Below the pieces are notes generated by a model. That model had not been told where the DNA came from, made no database searches, and saw only the letters and a list, made by a program, of their open reading frames with translations. Shown here one piece after another: positions 23,145 through 35,989 of a stretch of 64,000 bases of DNA. The DNA is from Felis catus. Lineage: Eukaryota. The stretch covers positions 81,098,001-81,162,000 of the forward strand of contig NC_058368.1 of NCBI RefSeq assembly GCF_018350175.1, read 5' to 3'. The position numbers and the translations under genes are program-made. How positions within the stretch are numbered: position 1 is the first letter of the stretch; every line of letters begins with the position of its first letter.

Positions 23145-23922
23145 TTTTTTACTCATTTCTTTATTTGATTATTTACTTATTTATTTTATTTAAATCCAAG
23201 TTAGTTAACATACCATGTAGTATTGGCTTCCGGAGGAGAACCCAGTGATCGTGTCTTACATATGACACCCAGTGCGCATGCCAGCAGGTGCCCTCCTCAG
23301 TGCCCATCACCCTTCTAGCCCATCCCCCACCCGGCTCCCTCCAGCAACCCTCAGTCTGTTCTCTGTGTTTAAGAGTCTCTTCTGGTTTGCCTCCCTGTCT
23401 GTTTTTATCTTCTTTTCCTTCCCTCCTCCTATGCTCATCTGTTTTGTTTCTTAAATTCTACATATGAGTAAATCATATGATATTTGTCTTTCTCTGACTG
23501 ACTTGTTTCACTTAGCATAACGCCCTCTAGTTCCATCCACGTTGCTGCGAATGGCAAGACTTCATTCAATTTCATACTTTTTGATTGCCGAGTAATACTC
23601 CATTGTGTATTTACACCACATCTTCTTTATCCATTTGTCGTTTAATGGACATCTGGGCTCTTTCCGTACTTTGGCTATTGCTGATAGTGCTGTTGTAAAC
23701 ATTAGGGTGCAGGTGCCCCTTTGAATCAGCATTTCCGTATCCTTTGGGTAAATGCCTAGTAGTGCACTTGCTGCGTGATAGGGCAGTTCTGTTTCTAACT
23801 TTCTGAGGACCCTCCACGCTGTTCTCCAGAGTGGCTGCACCGGTTTGCACTCCCACCAACAGTGCACCAGGTTCCCCTTTCTCCACATCCTCACCAACAC
23901 TGGCTGTATCCTGAGTTGTTAA
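23145..23922 (-). mobile_element. Carnivore/felid L1 3' end (5'-truncated)
   Basis: ORF2 C-terminus [15 protein letters not shown]…ALLGIYPKD…WIKKMW…TMEYYSAIK, 3' UTR and T-rich tail; TSD TCATCACACATTTA at 23131-23144 and 23979-23992. Confidence 0.95.
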
Positions 23923-23980
23923 GGCATCCGACTTCTGCTCAGGTCGTGGTCTTGTGGCCCGTGAGTTGGAGCCCCATGTC
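23918..23980 (+). mobile_element. CAN-SINE internal fragment, opposite orientation to the L1 and inside its TSD pair
   Basis: GTTAAGGCATCCGACTTCTGCTCAGGTCGTGGTCTTGTGGCCCGTGAGTTGGAGCCCC aligns by eye to intact SINEs in this window (e.g. 40069, 57015). Confidence 0.8.
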
Positions 23981-26900
23981 ATCACACATTTAAAGCAGGG
24001 ACAAGGAAGGCTCACCGCCTGAAGGAGCAGGGGAGCTGGAGTGCTCTTGACCTCGAGGCGGGATTTCTAGGGAATGCTTGCAGAGGGGCAGGCCGGCCCT
24101 GACCCCAGGTGCTCCAGGACGAGGCTCTGCTGAGGCTGGCTGGCAACGCGACGCAGGGAAGTGAGTCAGCCTTTGCCCCAAAGTGGGGGTTTGAGGGAGG
24201 AGACAGGAGCGGGGTGAAGCCAGGTCCTGGAGGTGGAGGGAAGCGTGGGAGGAGCACGAGGAGGGGTGGGGGCCCGCGGGGGCAGCAGCCTGAGGGCACA
24301 CTCAGTTTGGTCCTCTCTGTACTTCCCAGAAGGGGCCCCCTCCCCACCTGGGAGAGCTACAGAGAAGGAAAGGCAGAGAGAAAGGCCTGAACGGGAACAG
24401 AACCAGATATTTCTAATTCTCGGAATTGCCCACACCTCGCGGCGGGCAATTCACCGCGGCTCTGCTCTAATTAATAAGGCATTACACGTCATTTCTATTT
24501 AGCGTCCACTGTGCTGACATCGCCCCCACATGCTCCGCTCACCCCAGTTACAGAACGCCCCGTGGAGAGGGGAGGAGGCGGGAAGGAAAAGGTCAGGGTG
24601 TGCGTGCCCTGGCAGTCACCACTTGGCATGCGGATCGTCCTCCCCGGCCCCACAAACTTAGCAGCATGGCCTTAACCTGTGCTTATTTCTGTGGCTGGCG
24701 GGGTTTCTGCTGGGCTTTGATCACGTTTGCTCTTAAAGCTACAGATGGCCTGGTGACATGGGGCTTGATAGATGGCTGGGCATCTCTCCTCCTGCTCCTG
24801 CCTTCACCTCCCAGCCCAGAAGCACTGGGATCCCATGTCCCTTTTCTGCAGGAATAAAGTGCACGGAGGTATTAGTCTCTCTGAGCTGCTTGATCATGGT
24901 CCTGGGTTCTCTCTCGTGCATCGGAAGCACAGAAGACAGAATTTTAAGACAGAAAGACCCGGAGAAATCATTAGGCCTGGCTTCTATCCCTGAATGAGGG
25001 GTTCAGCAGAGCCCGAGCTCCGTGGCGGTGCTGTTGCCCTGTCTCCTTCACAGGGTTCATGAACCGTGCGCGCTAGCCCAAGGAGCCGTCACAGCCACTG
25101 TGACTACAGGCAGGGCGCTCCACTTGTATGAGAGGCTCTTTTGTGGAAAAGCTGGATCCTGCCTGCCCTGTGTCCCAAGTGTTAGGAACGGTTCCCGGCA
25201 GCTGGCATAGGAGGGCATACTTCATAAACCAGAACGTTCCACGCAAAGCTGACACAGGTCCACTGTTTTCTGTCTGAGGAGCTGGCAGAAGAAAATGCCT
25301 GAGTCTTGGGGGAGATTGGGTTCCTGCTGCCCGGCGTGTGGTGGGGGCTTTGCTGAAGACACAACTGTGCACGGACAGACACCTGATCCACAGACAGACA
25401 TCCAGAGAGCGGGATGGTCTGTGGACTCCTCCTGACAACTTGCTAATGGGCCACGTGGGCGAACGAGTGTGTGCATGTCGAGAGGCGGTTGGGGAGCTGG
25501 GGCCCTGGGTGCAAGTGTGGGCTTTGGAGAGAGGGGGCTGTGTCCGTGTCTGGGAGAACGTGCCTGAATGTGGAAGAGAGAAGCAGGGGGGACCCCTGGC
25601 ACAGACCAGCGAGGTGAAGGCATTCGCCCTCCTGACCCCTTGTTTTTGGAAGTGGTCGGTGAGGCCACTGGGCTTTGGGGTGCGCGTCCCGGTGGGGGAG
25701 GAAGGAGGTTGTCAGGAGCAGCGGGGCGGCAGACAGAGGATACCTGGTCTCTGTGTCCACCGCCCCAGAGAGGAGCCGGGAAGATGTGCATCCCCTGCAG
25801 TGACGCGGGGTTGCAGGGTGGCTGTGGGAAGGAAGGACGGGAGGGTAGGGTCCCTGCTGGGACAGGGGAGCTGCAGACCCCCATGTGCCTGTAACACAGT
25901 GTGTGAGGAGCACGGCCCCAGACACAGGGTCAGGCCGAGGCAGGGAGCTGAGTCACCTGGACTCGAAACTCCCCCAAATCACAGGTGAGGCCCCAGAGGC
26001 CATTGCCAGGGCCGTGGGCCACACACAGGAGAGGCCAGTGACAGAGAGAGAGACAGAGAGATGGAGAGAAACATAGACCTTAGCAAGAAAGAGATCTGAT
26101 CGGTGTCCAAGCACTTGGTGTGACTTCAGCAAGTCACCTGGGACCCAGAGAGCTTGGGGTGCATCTCTGATCTGACCGTTGCCACAAGCTGTGGCTCTTG
26201 GCCAGACCCCACAGGTCACCGGGACTCAGGGCCCACCTGCCTGGCACTTCAGGATGATGCCAGAACTCAAGGAGACCCGTGCCTTCCTGCGGGAGGTCCT
26301 GCGCAGCCCTACTGTCTTCCTCTCGAGTCACATCAGCCCCAAAGGCTCTTATCTACACCCCGTTTTGGTGTGAAACCACAGAGTCCTGGAGGAACGTGGG
26401 TGCATTTGCCCTGGAGCAGCAGGCAAGACCACGCTGCAGTCAGCCACAGGTGGGCCATCGTCCGTCCCAACTGGCTATGACATCGGAGGCAGAGGGAACC
26501 CTGCATGCTGGTAACAAGCCCACCCCCAGAGAGAAGCCTGAAGACTGATGCGCAAAGACACTTGCCACGGGGCTCGGTGTTGGGGCCGCAGCCATAGGAG
26601 GGCAGCCGGGGGCACAGGCCGCCCGCGTCACACTCACTTGGGAGCCGGCAGACACCAGCGTGGGCTCTGCCCCACCGTCTGGAATCAGACCTTCCGGGAA
26701 GCTGCTAGATGGTGTGTCCCCCACCAGCCTGGGGTCCCATGGCACCCCGTGACCTCTTGTGCCTTCTTCATGTTCAGGTGTGAGGCTCCAACAGTGTGAC
26801 CCTGGTTTCTGCCTGGGGTGCACATTCCCGACTTGGAGGGTCACCGTGAGTGGTCAGGAACACACCCCGTGGAGTCAGGACACAGGGCAAACCCAGGTCC

Positions 26901-28550
26901 CTAGCTTGCAGTGCCGGGCAGGAGGTGAGGCAACCGGACTGGCCTCTAGTCACCACCGCTCTGGCCTGTGGGGAGAGATAAGGTGACAGTAATCAGAGTA
27001 ACACCCTCCACAGGGGCGGGTGAGGAGTAAGCGGGCCAGGAACAGCGTGCACTCAGCACAGGTCCTGACCCATCAGGGGCACCCAGCAACTATCCTGGGG
27101 CATTCCCAGGGGAATGGGTGAAGGGCTAACGGCAACGATGTCACTGCAGGAGACCCTGGCCTGGGTCACCCGCTTGCTCCCACAACAGCTCTGGACATTG
27201 CACGGCAGGGAAGAGCATGCAGACAGCCCCGGCTTCTACTGAGCCCCAGACCTCAGTGTGTCACCGGCCAGGCAGGACAGGCCGGTGTCCCACCCCCAGC
27301 CAGACGGCATCTGTCCCCATGAATCCCCCTAACCCAGGCCTGGGCGGTCCAGGTGGGGTCCAGGCGCTGATGAGGCTTTGCTGAGACAGAAGTGTCGCTC
27401 CATCCGTGGTCCGCCAGACGGGACTCCAGCTTCTGACACTGAGACGCCGTGAGAGAGAGAAGCGGAAGCCAGCTGGCCCCTAGGTAGCCTGAGTGTCTGT
27501 GACTCTTGTGTTCCTACGTGTGTAGGTGGACAGCTGTTCAGTGTCCCTGAGCCACGCTCTGTTTCTTGTCACCGCTCAGACACTGCCTTCGGTGTTTCAC
27601 TCAGTGAGATCCTGGCTGGGCCCCCTTGTGCAGGAGGCCGGGAGGGTCTCCGCTCCCCCAGCCCGGCCCTCAGTCCTCAGTGACTGTGACCCGGCCACCT
27701 GTGGCCCTTCTCTGACAAGCGTGCACACACACGCACACACAGAAATGCAAAAGAAAAGCTAAATGGACGGCCGTACTGTCGGGCGGGGTCTGCAGGAGGC
27801 CATGTGGAGTGTTAGTTTTTGCATGATATTCGCCGGGCCACTAGCGGAGGCGGGTTTCCCAGGGCGCCGCTGGCTTGTGTGGCTCTTTGGGGCAGGACGC
27901 AGAATCGCTGAGACACCAGGAGCACAAGGGCGGGTCTGTCTAGGATGGAGACCCGCCAGGAGGAGGGAAACCCGGCGCAGTGGTCGGGCTGGGGCTCACT
28001 GACAGGGGCCTCTGCTTCCTGGGACCACACTTCCTCTCAGCCCCTGGATGGGGGTGGACAGAAACCCCGCATGGCTGCACGCGTGGGAGTGGGGAGTCCG
28101 CCGCAGGACGGGGCAGGCAGCTTGTCTGGAAGGACGGTGCCGGCCTCTGGCTGCTCCGAGGTTGGACCCGCAGACTCTGGCCTCCAGCACCCCCTCCTTA
28201 AGTGCCTTAGTGTTCACCCGCCAACGGAGGGGAGGACGGGGAACCATGCAGGAGGGAGTCTCCTGCTCTGTCCCCTGAGTGTCAGGACACACAGTGCTTT
28301 TGAGGAGCTGTCGGGAGCTGGTGGTGTGTGTGGGGGGATCTCGGCGGAGGCAGCCCCTTCCTGAGGCTCTCTCCAGACCTCCCTGTACCTGCTACTGTGC
28401 AGGGTCCTCCCTCCCGGGTGAGGACACGTTTTCAGTGCTGGGACCTCGTGGCCTCACATGTCCACACACCCCATGTGGGCAGGGAGCTCTGTGGGTGTCC
28501 CTGGAGTTGAGGAGAATCCCTGGTAGGCGCTGGGAGCTTGGGGTGCAAAC

Positions 28551-28747
28551 GAGGGAGGGAAGGGGAGGGGGAGGAGAGGGAAAGGGAAGGGGAGGAGGAA
28601 GGGGAGACAGAGGGGAGGGGAGGGGGAAGAGAGGGGAAGAGGGGAGGAGGAAGGGGAGAGGGAGGGGAGGGGAGGAGGAGAGAGAAAGAGAAGGGGAGGA
28701 GGAAGGGGAGAAGGAGGGGAGAGGAAGAAGAGGGGAGGGGAGAAGGT
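28551..28747. repeat. Polypurine (G/A) low-complexity tract
   Basis: Directly visible, almost purine-only. Confidence 0.95.
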
Positions 28748-29756
28748 TACATTTGGGGGCAGAAAACACAAGGAGGAAGTGCAGGCCACACCCCGCAAAG
28801 GTAGCCAGTGGAGAGTGGCATTGACCCCATCTGTCCGTCATCCCGCGTCAGGACTTGTGTTCGTTGACAACGTCACGGGCCTCCAGTGTGCAATTATAGT
28901 CAGAAGTGCCTTCTCACTAAGGTACATAATGATTCATGCTGAGAATGTAATTAAAATATTGTGGTAGTTTAAAAATAATACTCTATTAAGATAATACCCT
29001 AAAATGGCTAATTCAGAACGAGTGCTTCCCTCTCTGATTGCAGCACGGCTGCTATGGTATAGCGGATGCTTTCATCCGAACGTGGCGGCCTGTGGAAGTG
29101 CCCCTGGCAGCGTGCGCGGGACCCCGGGCCGTGACATTTGAAAGTCTCCGTGTGCTCCCCACGTGTCCAAGAGCAGCATCTCCAGTCGCCTGTGCTGTTT
29201 GAAGTTCAGGCGGCGGGACACGGCAAGGCTCCTCTAAATACCGTCACGGTCCATTCACGTGAGGACAGACAGGACACCTTCTTGGTGACCTTTGCCGCCG
29301 CCCTTCCACGAACTGCACAGAGTAGCAGTCTGAGACCTGGAGAGTGCGCAGGGCCGTGGGTGCTGGGTGGGGAGGGGTCTCAGGGACGTCCCCCCCCACA
29401 CACAGCACACGCACCCCTCTGCTGGCTGGGAAGAGGCCCGGTCGGCAGCAAGGCGCATGGCTGTCCTAGGAGTCAAGGTTCTGACCACAGTGCCTCCTCT
29501 CTAGGAGTCTGGAGAGGACACTGCACAGTCAGCTGTGACAGGAGGGCCCTGCTGCACAGACTGCTGTGTCCCCTCTCCCCCCGCCCAGGGCTTGACCTCT
29601 GAGGGTCCACGGCCCTCACTACCCCCCAGGCTGCAGGCTGGGGGCACTGCTCCAGCAGTGACCCTTAGGGACATCTGGGCTCCACACAAATCTGTCTCAG
29701 AGTTGTTATTCCTTTAAAAAATAAAAAATACTCCTAATGAAAATAAAGTACAATTA

Positions 29757-29962
29757 GGGGGCACCTGGGCGGCTCTGCCAGTTAAGCATCCGACTCTTGG
29801 TTTTGGCTCAGGTCATGGTCAGGTTCATGAGTTTGAGCTCTGCATCAGGCTCTGTGCTGACCGTGCAGAGCCTACTTGGGATTCTCTCTCCCTCTCTCTC
29901 TGCCCCTCCCCTGCTCACGCTGTCTCTGTCTCTCTCAAAAAAATAAATAACAAATGTTGAAA
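29757..29962 (+). mobile_element. CAN-SINE
   Basis: GGGGGCACCTGGGCGGCTC head, CT tract, A tail; degenerate TSD AAA(T/C)AAAGTA(C/A)AATT. Confidence 0.95.
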
Positions 29963-30189
29963 AAACAAAGTAAAATTGAAAAACAAAAACAAGGAGGAGA
30001 AAGAAGACAGGCCAAGAGTCCACTCGGGTTCACACAGAGTGTGGCCCGTGGGCCCTGCTTACACAGTGCAGCGGGTGTGGGCGCAGAGGTTCACGGGGTC
30101 ACACCTGCTTTGAGGCCGGAACTACACGTGAAGGAGAGCCCTGGGCCGCCTGGTCTCACGGCCTCACAGTCGGGAGGTGAAGAGGCCTA

Positions 30190-30497
30190 GAGGCAGGGTT
30201 GGCTGGGCTGGGTCCTTCCCAGGCTGTGACCCCAGGTCGGGGTGATCCCGGGTGGTCCTCGGCCTGTAGACACAGTTCCCCAGAGTCTGCCTCCGTTGTC
30301 ACGTGGCCTCTTCCCTCTGTGGATGTCTGTCTTTGTGTCTCTTCCGCTGTCATTGGGACCCTAGCTTTGGACTCCCACCCTATTGGCCTCATCTTTAACT
30401 ACACCTGCAGGACGGACCCTGTGTCAAATCAGGTCACATTCTGAGATACTGAGGGTAGGGACTATAGTATATCCTTCGGGGAGGCACAACTCAGCTT
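30190..30497 (-). mobile_element. ERVL-MaLR LTR (MLT1B/C-like)
   Basis: TCTGCCTCCGTTGTCACGTGGCC…CCTCATCTTTAACTACACCTGCA…CAAATCAGGTCACATTCTGAGATACTG. Confidence 0.85.
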
Positions 30498-32518
30498 GGA
30501 ACAGAGGATGTGTGGTGTTACTGAAGCCGGAAGCCGGACCCTCACAGAGGTAGAACCCCTGGTCCTGGGGTACAGCTACTGCCAGGTGCCCCGTGGGCAG
30601 GAGCACAGGGCGAGTGGGGCCCAGGAAGAACCCCTGCTTCTCCCTCCACCCGCCCCTAGATGTCCCCTGTGCTTCCCACTGGCCAGGCCACTGGAAACCA
30701 GAGCACAGGGAACTCAGGAAATGTAATTCCCTGTGGTCGGGTGGAGCCATGCTGGGGAGCAGGCCTGCGGGCGGGGGGTACAGAGCTCGACCCAACCTGC
30801 CTTCTGGCCCTTATCCGCTTCCGTGCTCCGTTGGCCAGCGCTCCCCTCGGCTGAGCTTTGTGGGGTCAGTCCCCTTGCCCTGCCTCCCCCCGGGCTTCTC
30901 ACGTGGTGGTGACACTCGTGGAACAGAGAGGAGGCCCTACCTCGCTCAGAGTGTGCACCTGCCCGTGGACATGTTCACAGAGTTCTGTCCAGAGAGGAGG
31001 TCAACTGGTTATCCTGAAACCATCATTCGCATGCCTGTGTAGCCGCAGAGTTATTTGTGTTCCCAGCCATCCTTCTCGTGGGGGCAAAGTGGTGTGTCCC
31101 GTTCACTGGGTCTCAGACGGTGTGTGGCATTGCCGGCATGACACGGTGGGGTCATCGTGAAACGCACAGGGGGTATGCCCCGCACTACTACCCCAGACAG
31201 GAGACCTCAATTATTAAGTGTCTTCCCCGTGCCGCGGATGACAGACACGATGTCCTCTGGGGTCGAAGGCACTGAGCTTGGATGGGGGTCGGGGGTGGCA
31301 AAAGCTGAATCCAAGGGGGACAGGGCCCCAATTTGCTGGACAGTTGGGGAAAGGGAGAAAGATTCAGTGAGAAGTGGTGTTCATAATGCCTTCATGGCCC
31401 AGACAAAATGTGTCCAAAGGACGGCCTTAAGGCCCAGTGGTGATTTTTGAGATGCGAGCATGGTTCAGTGTCCTTCCTCCTCCACACCCAGATCGGCCCA
31501 GCAGGCACCTGTCTCTGTGTCCCTTCTCCCCACACATCTGGGCCTGTCCCCAAGGGCCCCCCTCCTCAAAAATGCCACCGGTCTACCCTGAAGCTCTGAC
31601 TCTTCTGGCCAGGCAGCTTATTCCTATAAAGAGCCCCCTTCTTAGGACCACCCGGCTGTCGCGTACAACGGCTCATTAGCCCTGGGACCTCCCGCGTTTG
31701 TGGCACCTCAGAGCGAACCGGGACGGAGGGTGGCGGCCTGCTTGTATCTCGGCTCCACAGACAGAAGGGTTTGCTTTTTATTTTATTTTTGTCCGCTTTG
31801 TTTTGGGAGCAGGATCTCTGGTCTTGGCTGTGGTTTGTTTTGAAGACGAGTGTGGACAGAAGGAGAAGGCAGAGGTCAGGAAAGATAGAGGCAAGCCAGC
31901 CGCCCCACCAGGCAGACGCTGTGACGCTTATAAATATTGCACTTGGTTCTCTGTGAAGCCGCTCTTCTGAGAGTGCCGCGCGCACGCACATGCACTCTGC
32001 GTGCAGCAGGAGACCGGCCGGTGCCTCCAGAGAAATCTGTCTCTGAAGGGGGCTCTCAGGACTGCAGAGACGGGCTTTTTATACACGTTACCCCCATGCT
32101 GCATTCAACACAGTTTTCCTGTAACGAAAGAGCCCCGGCCCCCCATCCTCTCCCCCCGGGAAAGAAACAGGCAGTTCTGCACCGAAGCCCGATTTTCCTG
32201 ACTGGCAAGCTGGGCCTTTTCTGACATGAGAGGGAAGCACCCGCTGACCCTGGGACTGGGTGGGATGCAGCCCCGGGCACCACCTTGCCCACACACATGG
32301 AGGGGGACGCAGGCCTTACAAGGCCCTGTGCAGGCACGGTGTCCAGCACGGCCGGGCTCTGAGCCCCTGACCCCCACGCGGGGCGAGCTGTGACTGCTGT
32401 GACCCTCAGAGCCTTCCCCGCCGGCATCCAGGCCCCTCCGGGGAGAAAGGCCTTCCCGGCGCTGCAAATGCAGGATGCGAGTCCTTCCGTCTGCTCCGGG
32501 TTAATAATGATGATGGCC

Positions 32519-32672
32519 CCCACCACGGCCACCATCACCACCACCAGTACCACCACTAGCTCCACTGCCACGGCCACCACCACTGCCACCACCAGTGTCA
32601 CCACCACTGTCACCACCGCCACGGCCACCACTGTCACAGCCACCACCACCATCACCACCACCCCTGCCACCA
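32519..32672. repeat. (CAC)n trinucleotide repeat, imperfect
   Basis: Directly visible; causes the spurious Thr-rich and Val-rich ORFs. Confidence 0.95.
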
Positions 32673-32674
32673 TC

Positions 32675-32835
32675 TGCTGAGTGACTCTTGTGCTAAGCAC
32701 GCCATCTCTGTTGTGACAGCTGGTCTTCGGCTGGGCCCAGGAAGCAGTTATTGTCACTCTTGTTTAACTTGAGGAAACAGCAGCTCAGAACCTGTGAATA
32801 ACTTTCCAGGGCAACACAGGTCTCCAGAGCCGATC
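32675..32835 (-). mobile_element. MIR fragment
   Basis: TGTGCTAAGCAC…TGAGGAAACAGCAGCTCAGA…AATAACTTTCCAGGGCAACACAG. Confidence 0.6.
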
Positions 32836-34239
32836 ACACACCCAGGTCAGCCTGGAGACGGGGCAGGTGTGGGCCTGGGTGTCCCCTCTGGGAAGTCGAC
32901 CCCGAGGACAGCCAGCCTGTCCCGCGGGCCCCTCTCACCCCTGCTTCCCCCTCCCCCTCCGCCCTCTTCCTTGCACCCCTTTCTCGTCTCTTCCTGTTGG
33001 TGTCACCAGGCCCTTTGTTGGCGAGCGACGGCACGAAGGAGGGTGCACGTTTTCATGTTTATTTAGCCTCTCCCATTCAGCTTGCTGCTGCCTGTTCAAA
33101 AAGCAGGTGGATTAGATGGCTTAGAAAACCTCGTCTTTAAAACATAACTCTTTGTTCATTTTCTGTGGACCATGGAGCCATCTAGAATAAGATGGCTGAG
33201 CTTCCATAGACGGCATGCCATTCTGACCTGAGGGCGTGAGTCAACAAGATAATTCCACTTGCTGGTTGTCCGTCTCTAAAGGCTGAACCGCAGCTGGGAA
33301 AACACTGGCACCCCCCGCCCGTGCCACATGGCAGGACCTCCCTTGGTTCAGCTCACCTGCCAACATGCTGTGGGCAACAGTTAATGTTTATCGTTACCTG
33401 CCGTGTGCCAGAGCCGTGCCTGCTGTCCGGTTACAGAGCCAGTGACCCTGGGAAGTAGCTGTGCTCGTTCCCATTTCACAGATTCGGTGGTCGAGGAGCT
33501 TGGCCCTGTGCCCGCAGCTGGCGGGGGGTGGGGGGACACTGCGTGCAGGCACATTGGCCTAATACCCGAGATGTGCTGTGCGGGGACGGGGAGAGAGGGC
33601 GGTGACCACAGTCGGACCTAGAACTTCCAGCCACAGCTTAGCCACAGATGTTGGTGAAAAAGCGAAAGCCCAGTCAGCTGGCTGTTAAGCAACTTTGCTG
33701 CGCACGCAAAGAAGTCCCCGCGTGAATTACTTTTCCCACTGACTTAAAGGAATGGGCAGCTGCTTTGACATCATGGAAGTAGAAAGGAGGTCGTTGCGTG
33801 GTTCTGCAAGAGGTTTCCTAAAACTAAATTGCCAACTTCTCCTTCCCCATGGAAGATCGATGCTACCCCGCGATCCGCTTATCCCCTGTGAGAAAGTACC
33901 GGCACATTAGTCATCTGTACCTGAAATAACTCAGTCACACCCGTTAGAAAGCAGTTCACCTGCGTTTTCAGCCCCGTGAGGTACAGAGAAGGCTCAGGTC
34001 CCCGTTACCAACCCTGCCCGCTCCCGAGGGAGCCGGGGGCCACAGAAGTGTTGTACATGCTCCTTGTGAAGGGCGCCTGTGTGACCGGCCAGCCGTCCTC
34101 TCCTATGTGACGCCGCTGTTCACCCCGGGCTCCCCGTGCAGTGTGGACATCAGCACACAGCCTCCTCTCCTCTCTCCTCCTTCCTTCTCTTGCCACTCAT
34201 TCACCTGGAGCCTCTCCCTGCTCCGTTGCTGCCAGCCTT

Positions 34240-35400
34240 TCCTTGTTCGGTTATTTTAAAGGTGTTTCTTGTGCCCGGACTGTAGACCAGGGATTGTCTG
34301 TCCATCCATCTGTCTTTTAACGGGGGGTCGGCCCATTGTGTTTAGTGTAATGGGTAATTACTTGGTTTTGCTTCTTCCATTCTGAAGTTTACCACTCATT
34401 TATTTCGTTATTCAGCGTTCCTGTTTCCATCTTTGTGGGTTTGACCAGGCGTCATCCTTCCGTCCCTCTCCCTGCACGGTCGCTCCTTCCTTCGTACCAG
34501 GATTCATGGTGCTCTCCCGTCCTGGTTGCACAATCCGTCGTGTGAAACAAGATGCCGGGCGCCCTTCCTGGGGAGACCCCCACACCCGCTCCACTCAGCA
34601 GACGGGCACAGGGGGTGCGATCTGCCGTGCATCAGGGCCTCAGCCCCCCAGTTGCCCCGCTGCGCTGGCCCCGGGTGTTGGAGATTTAACACTGTTGCCC
34701 TTGGGTATTTAAGGTTTTGCCTGTGGTGCGTGTCTTCAGTTTCCAAGCGTTTACTGAGCACGTGCATCATCTCTCCCTCCTCGCGAAGTGACCGCATCGT
34801 CGGTATTTATCTGCGTGTGTCTGCCTGCGGTTTGCTCACCCGCGTCCAGGCTCCTGGCTGGCCACTGTGTCCTCACATATCTCCCCGGGAAGGCGATCTG
34901 AAAACGTGACTCCTCAAAACTAGGCTTCGTTCACCTCAACACACTGTGGGGGTCCTGGGCCACGTCTCCCTTGCAGAGTCTAGAAGTTTCTTCTGGCACC
35001 TGTGGGCTGAAAGCCCACACAATTCCCAGCTGGGAGTTGATGCCACGCCCATAATTCGTGTACTCCTTACTTCTGGGGGCTCGAGGACTGGCCTCTCCCT
35101 TCTCCCGCGGGGGTCTCCCGGACTCTGCCTGGCTGCGGGTCTCCCCATCTTTATCTCCTTCTGCTCCTCTAACACCTGTCCCCCTTCCCGTCCTTCATTT
35201 CCTTCCGGGACGCTTGCTGGTCAGCGGGTGGGTCTTGGGTCCCCCCTTGGTCCCTCCCTGCACTTGGAATCTTGTCTGCTCCATCCGTAGGACACACTTG
35301 CTCTCGGCCGTAACTGTTCTCTTCTCCAGGGTGCCTGACGATAGTTTTTCAGCGGGACGTGGGCATTGGCTGTGCCGGACTTGCGTGACAGCTGTTTCCT
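34240..35400 (-). mobile_element. Highly diverged old L1 (L1M) fragments
   Basis: TTTTAAAGGTGTTTCTTGT…CTGTCTTTTAACGGGG…CCCATTGTGTTTAGTGTAAT resembles antisense L1M; pyrimidine-skewed. Confidence 0.45.
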
Positions 35401-35989
35401 CAGAGGCGCGTTCTGAGTGTTTGCACCGGCTGCTCTGGCCGGAGACCCCTCCAGGTGCGGGTCAAGCCATGGACGGCCTGCATGGGTCCATGCCCTCGAG
35501 GCTTGGACAGTTGCCACAGCTCCGATGCCTGTCCAAGGCTCCCGTCCAGCCCAGAGGGGTTGGTGAGAAAGGCCCACCTGTTCCCCATCAGGGTCAAGGC
35601 TCACAGGACCACTGGGCTCTGCCCTGCAAGCCGACTGGGGCTGGGGAGACCCATACCCGTCTTCCGGGTGCCAGTCACTCAGCTCCACGCCGAGGCGTCC
35701 GTCCCCGTGTGCTGTGTTAGTGGGTGTGGTGACACTACGGGTTTGTGGGGACACTTGCACCCAGGATTCCCATGGAGCACCTTCATCCTTTCTGACTTAG
35801 GAGACACAGCGCGGGCAGGTGTACTTTAGCATTAAGGACAGCGGTCGGGGCCAGCATAGCTAGTAGCTAACAACTCAGGGCCTGTCTGGCTATTAGGAGC
35901 CACATCTGCCCCATTTTGGCTGCTTGGGCTCTGCGTTAAGGAACCATGTGTCCTAGCTACCTTTTCTCATTTAATCCCCCTAACACGGG

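Noticed and set aside
4808..23920. A 19-kb inversion splitting one L1 into the two chimeric pieces
   Set aside because: The right element has its own perfect 14-bp TSD on both sides, and re-inverting would not rebuild a continuous SINE
32056..32757. Mucin-like Thr-rich or Val-rich membrane-like ORFs
   Set aside because: Produced by the (CAC)n repeat; no splice or domain support
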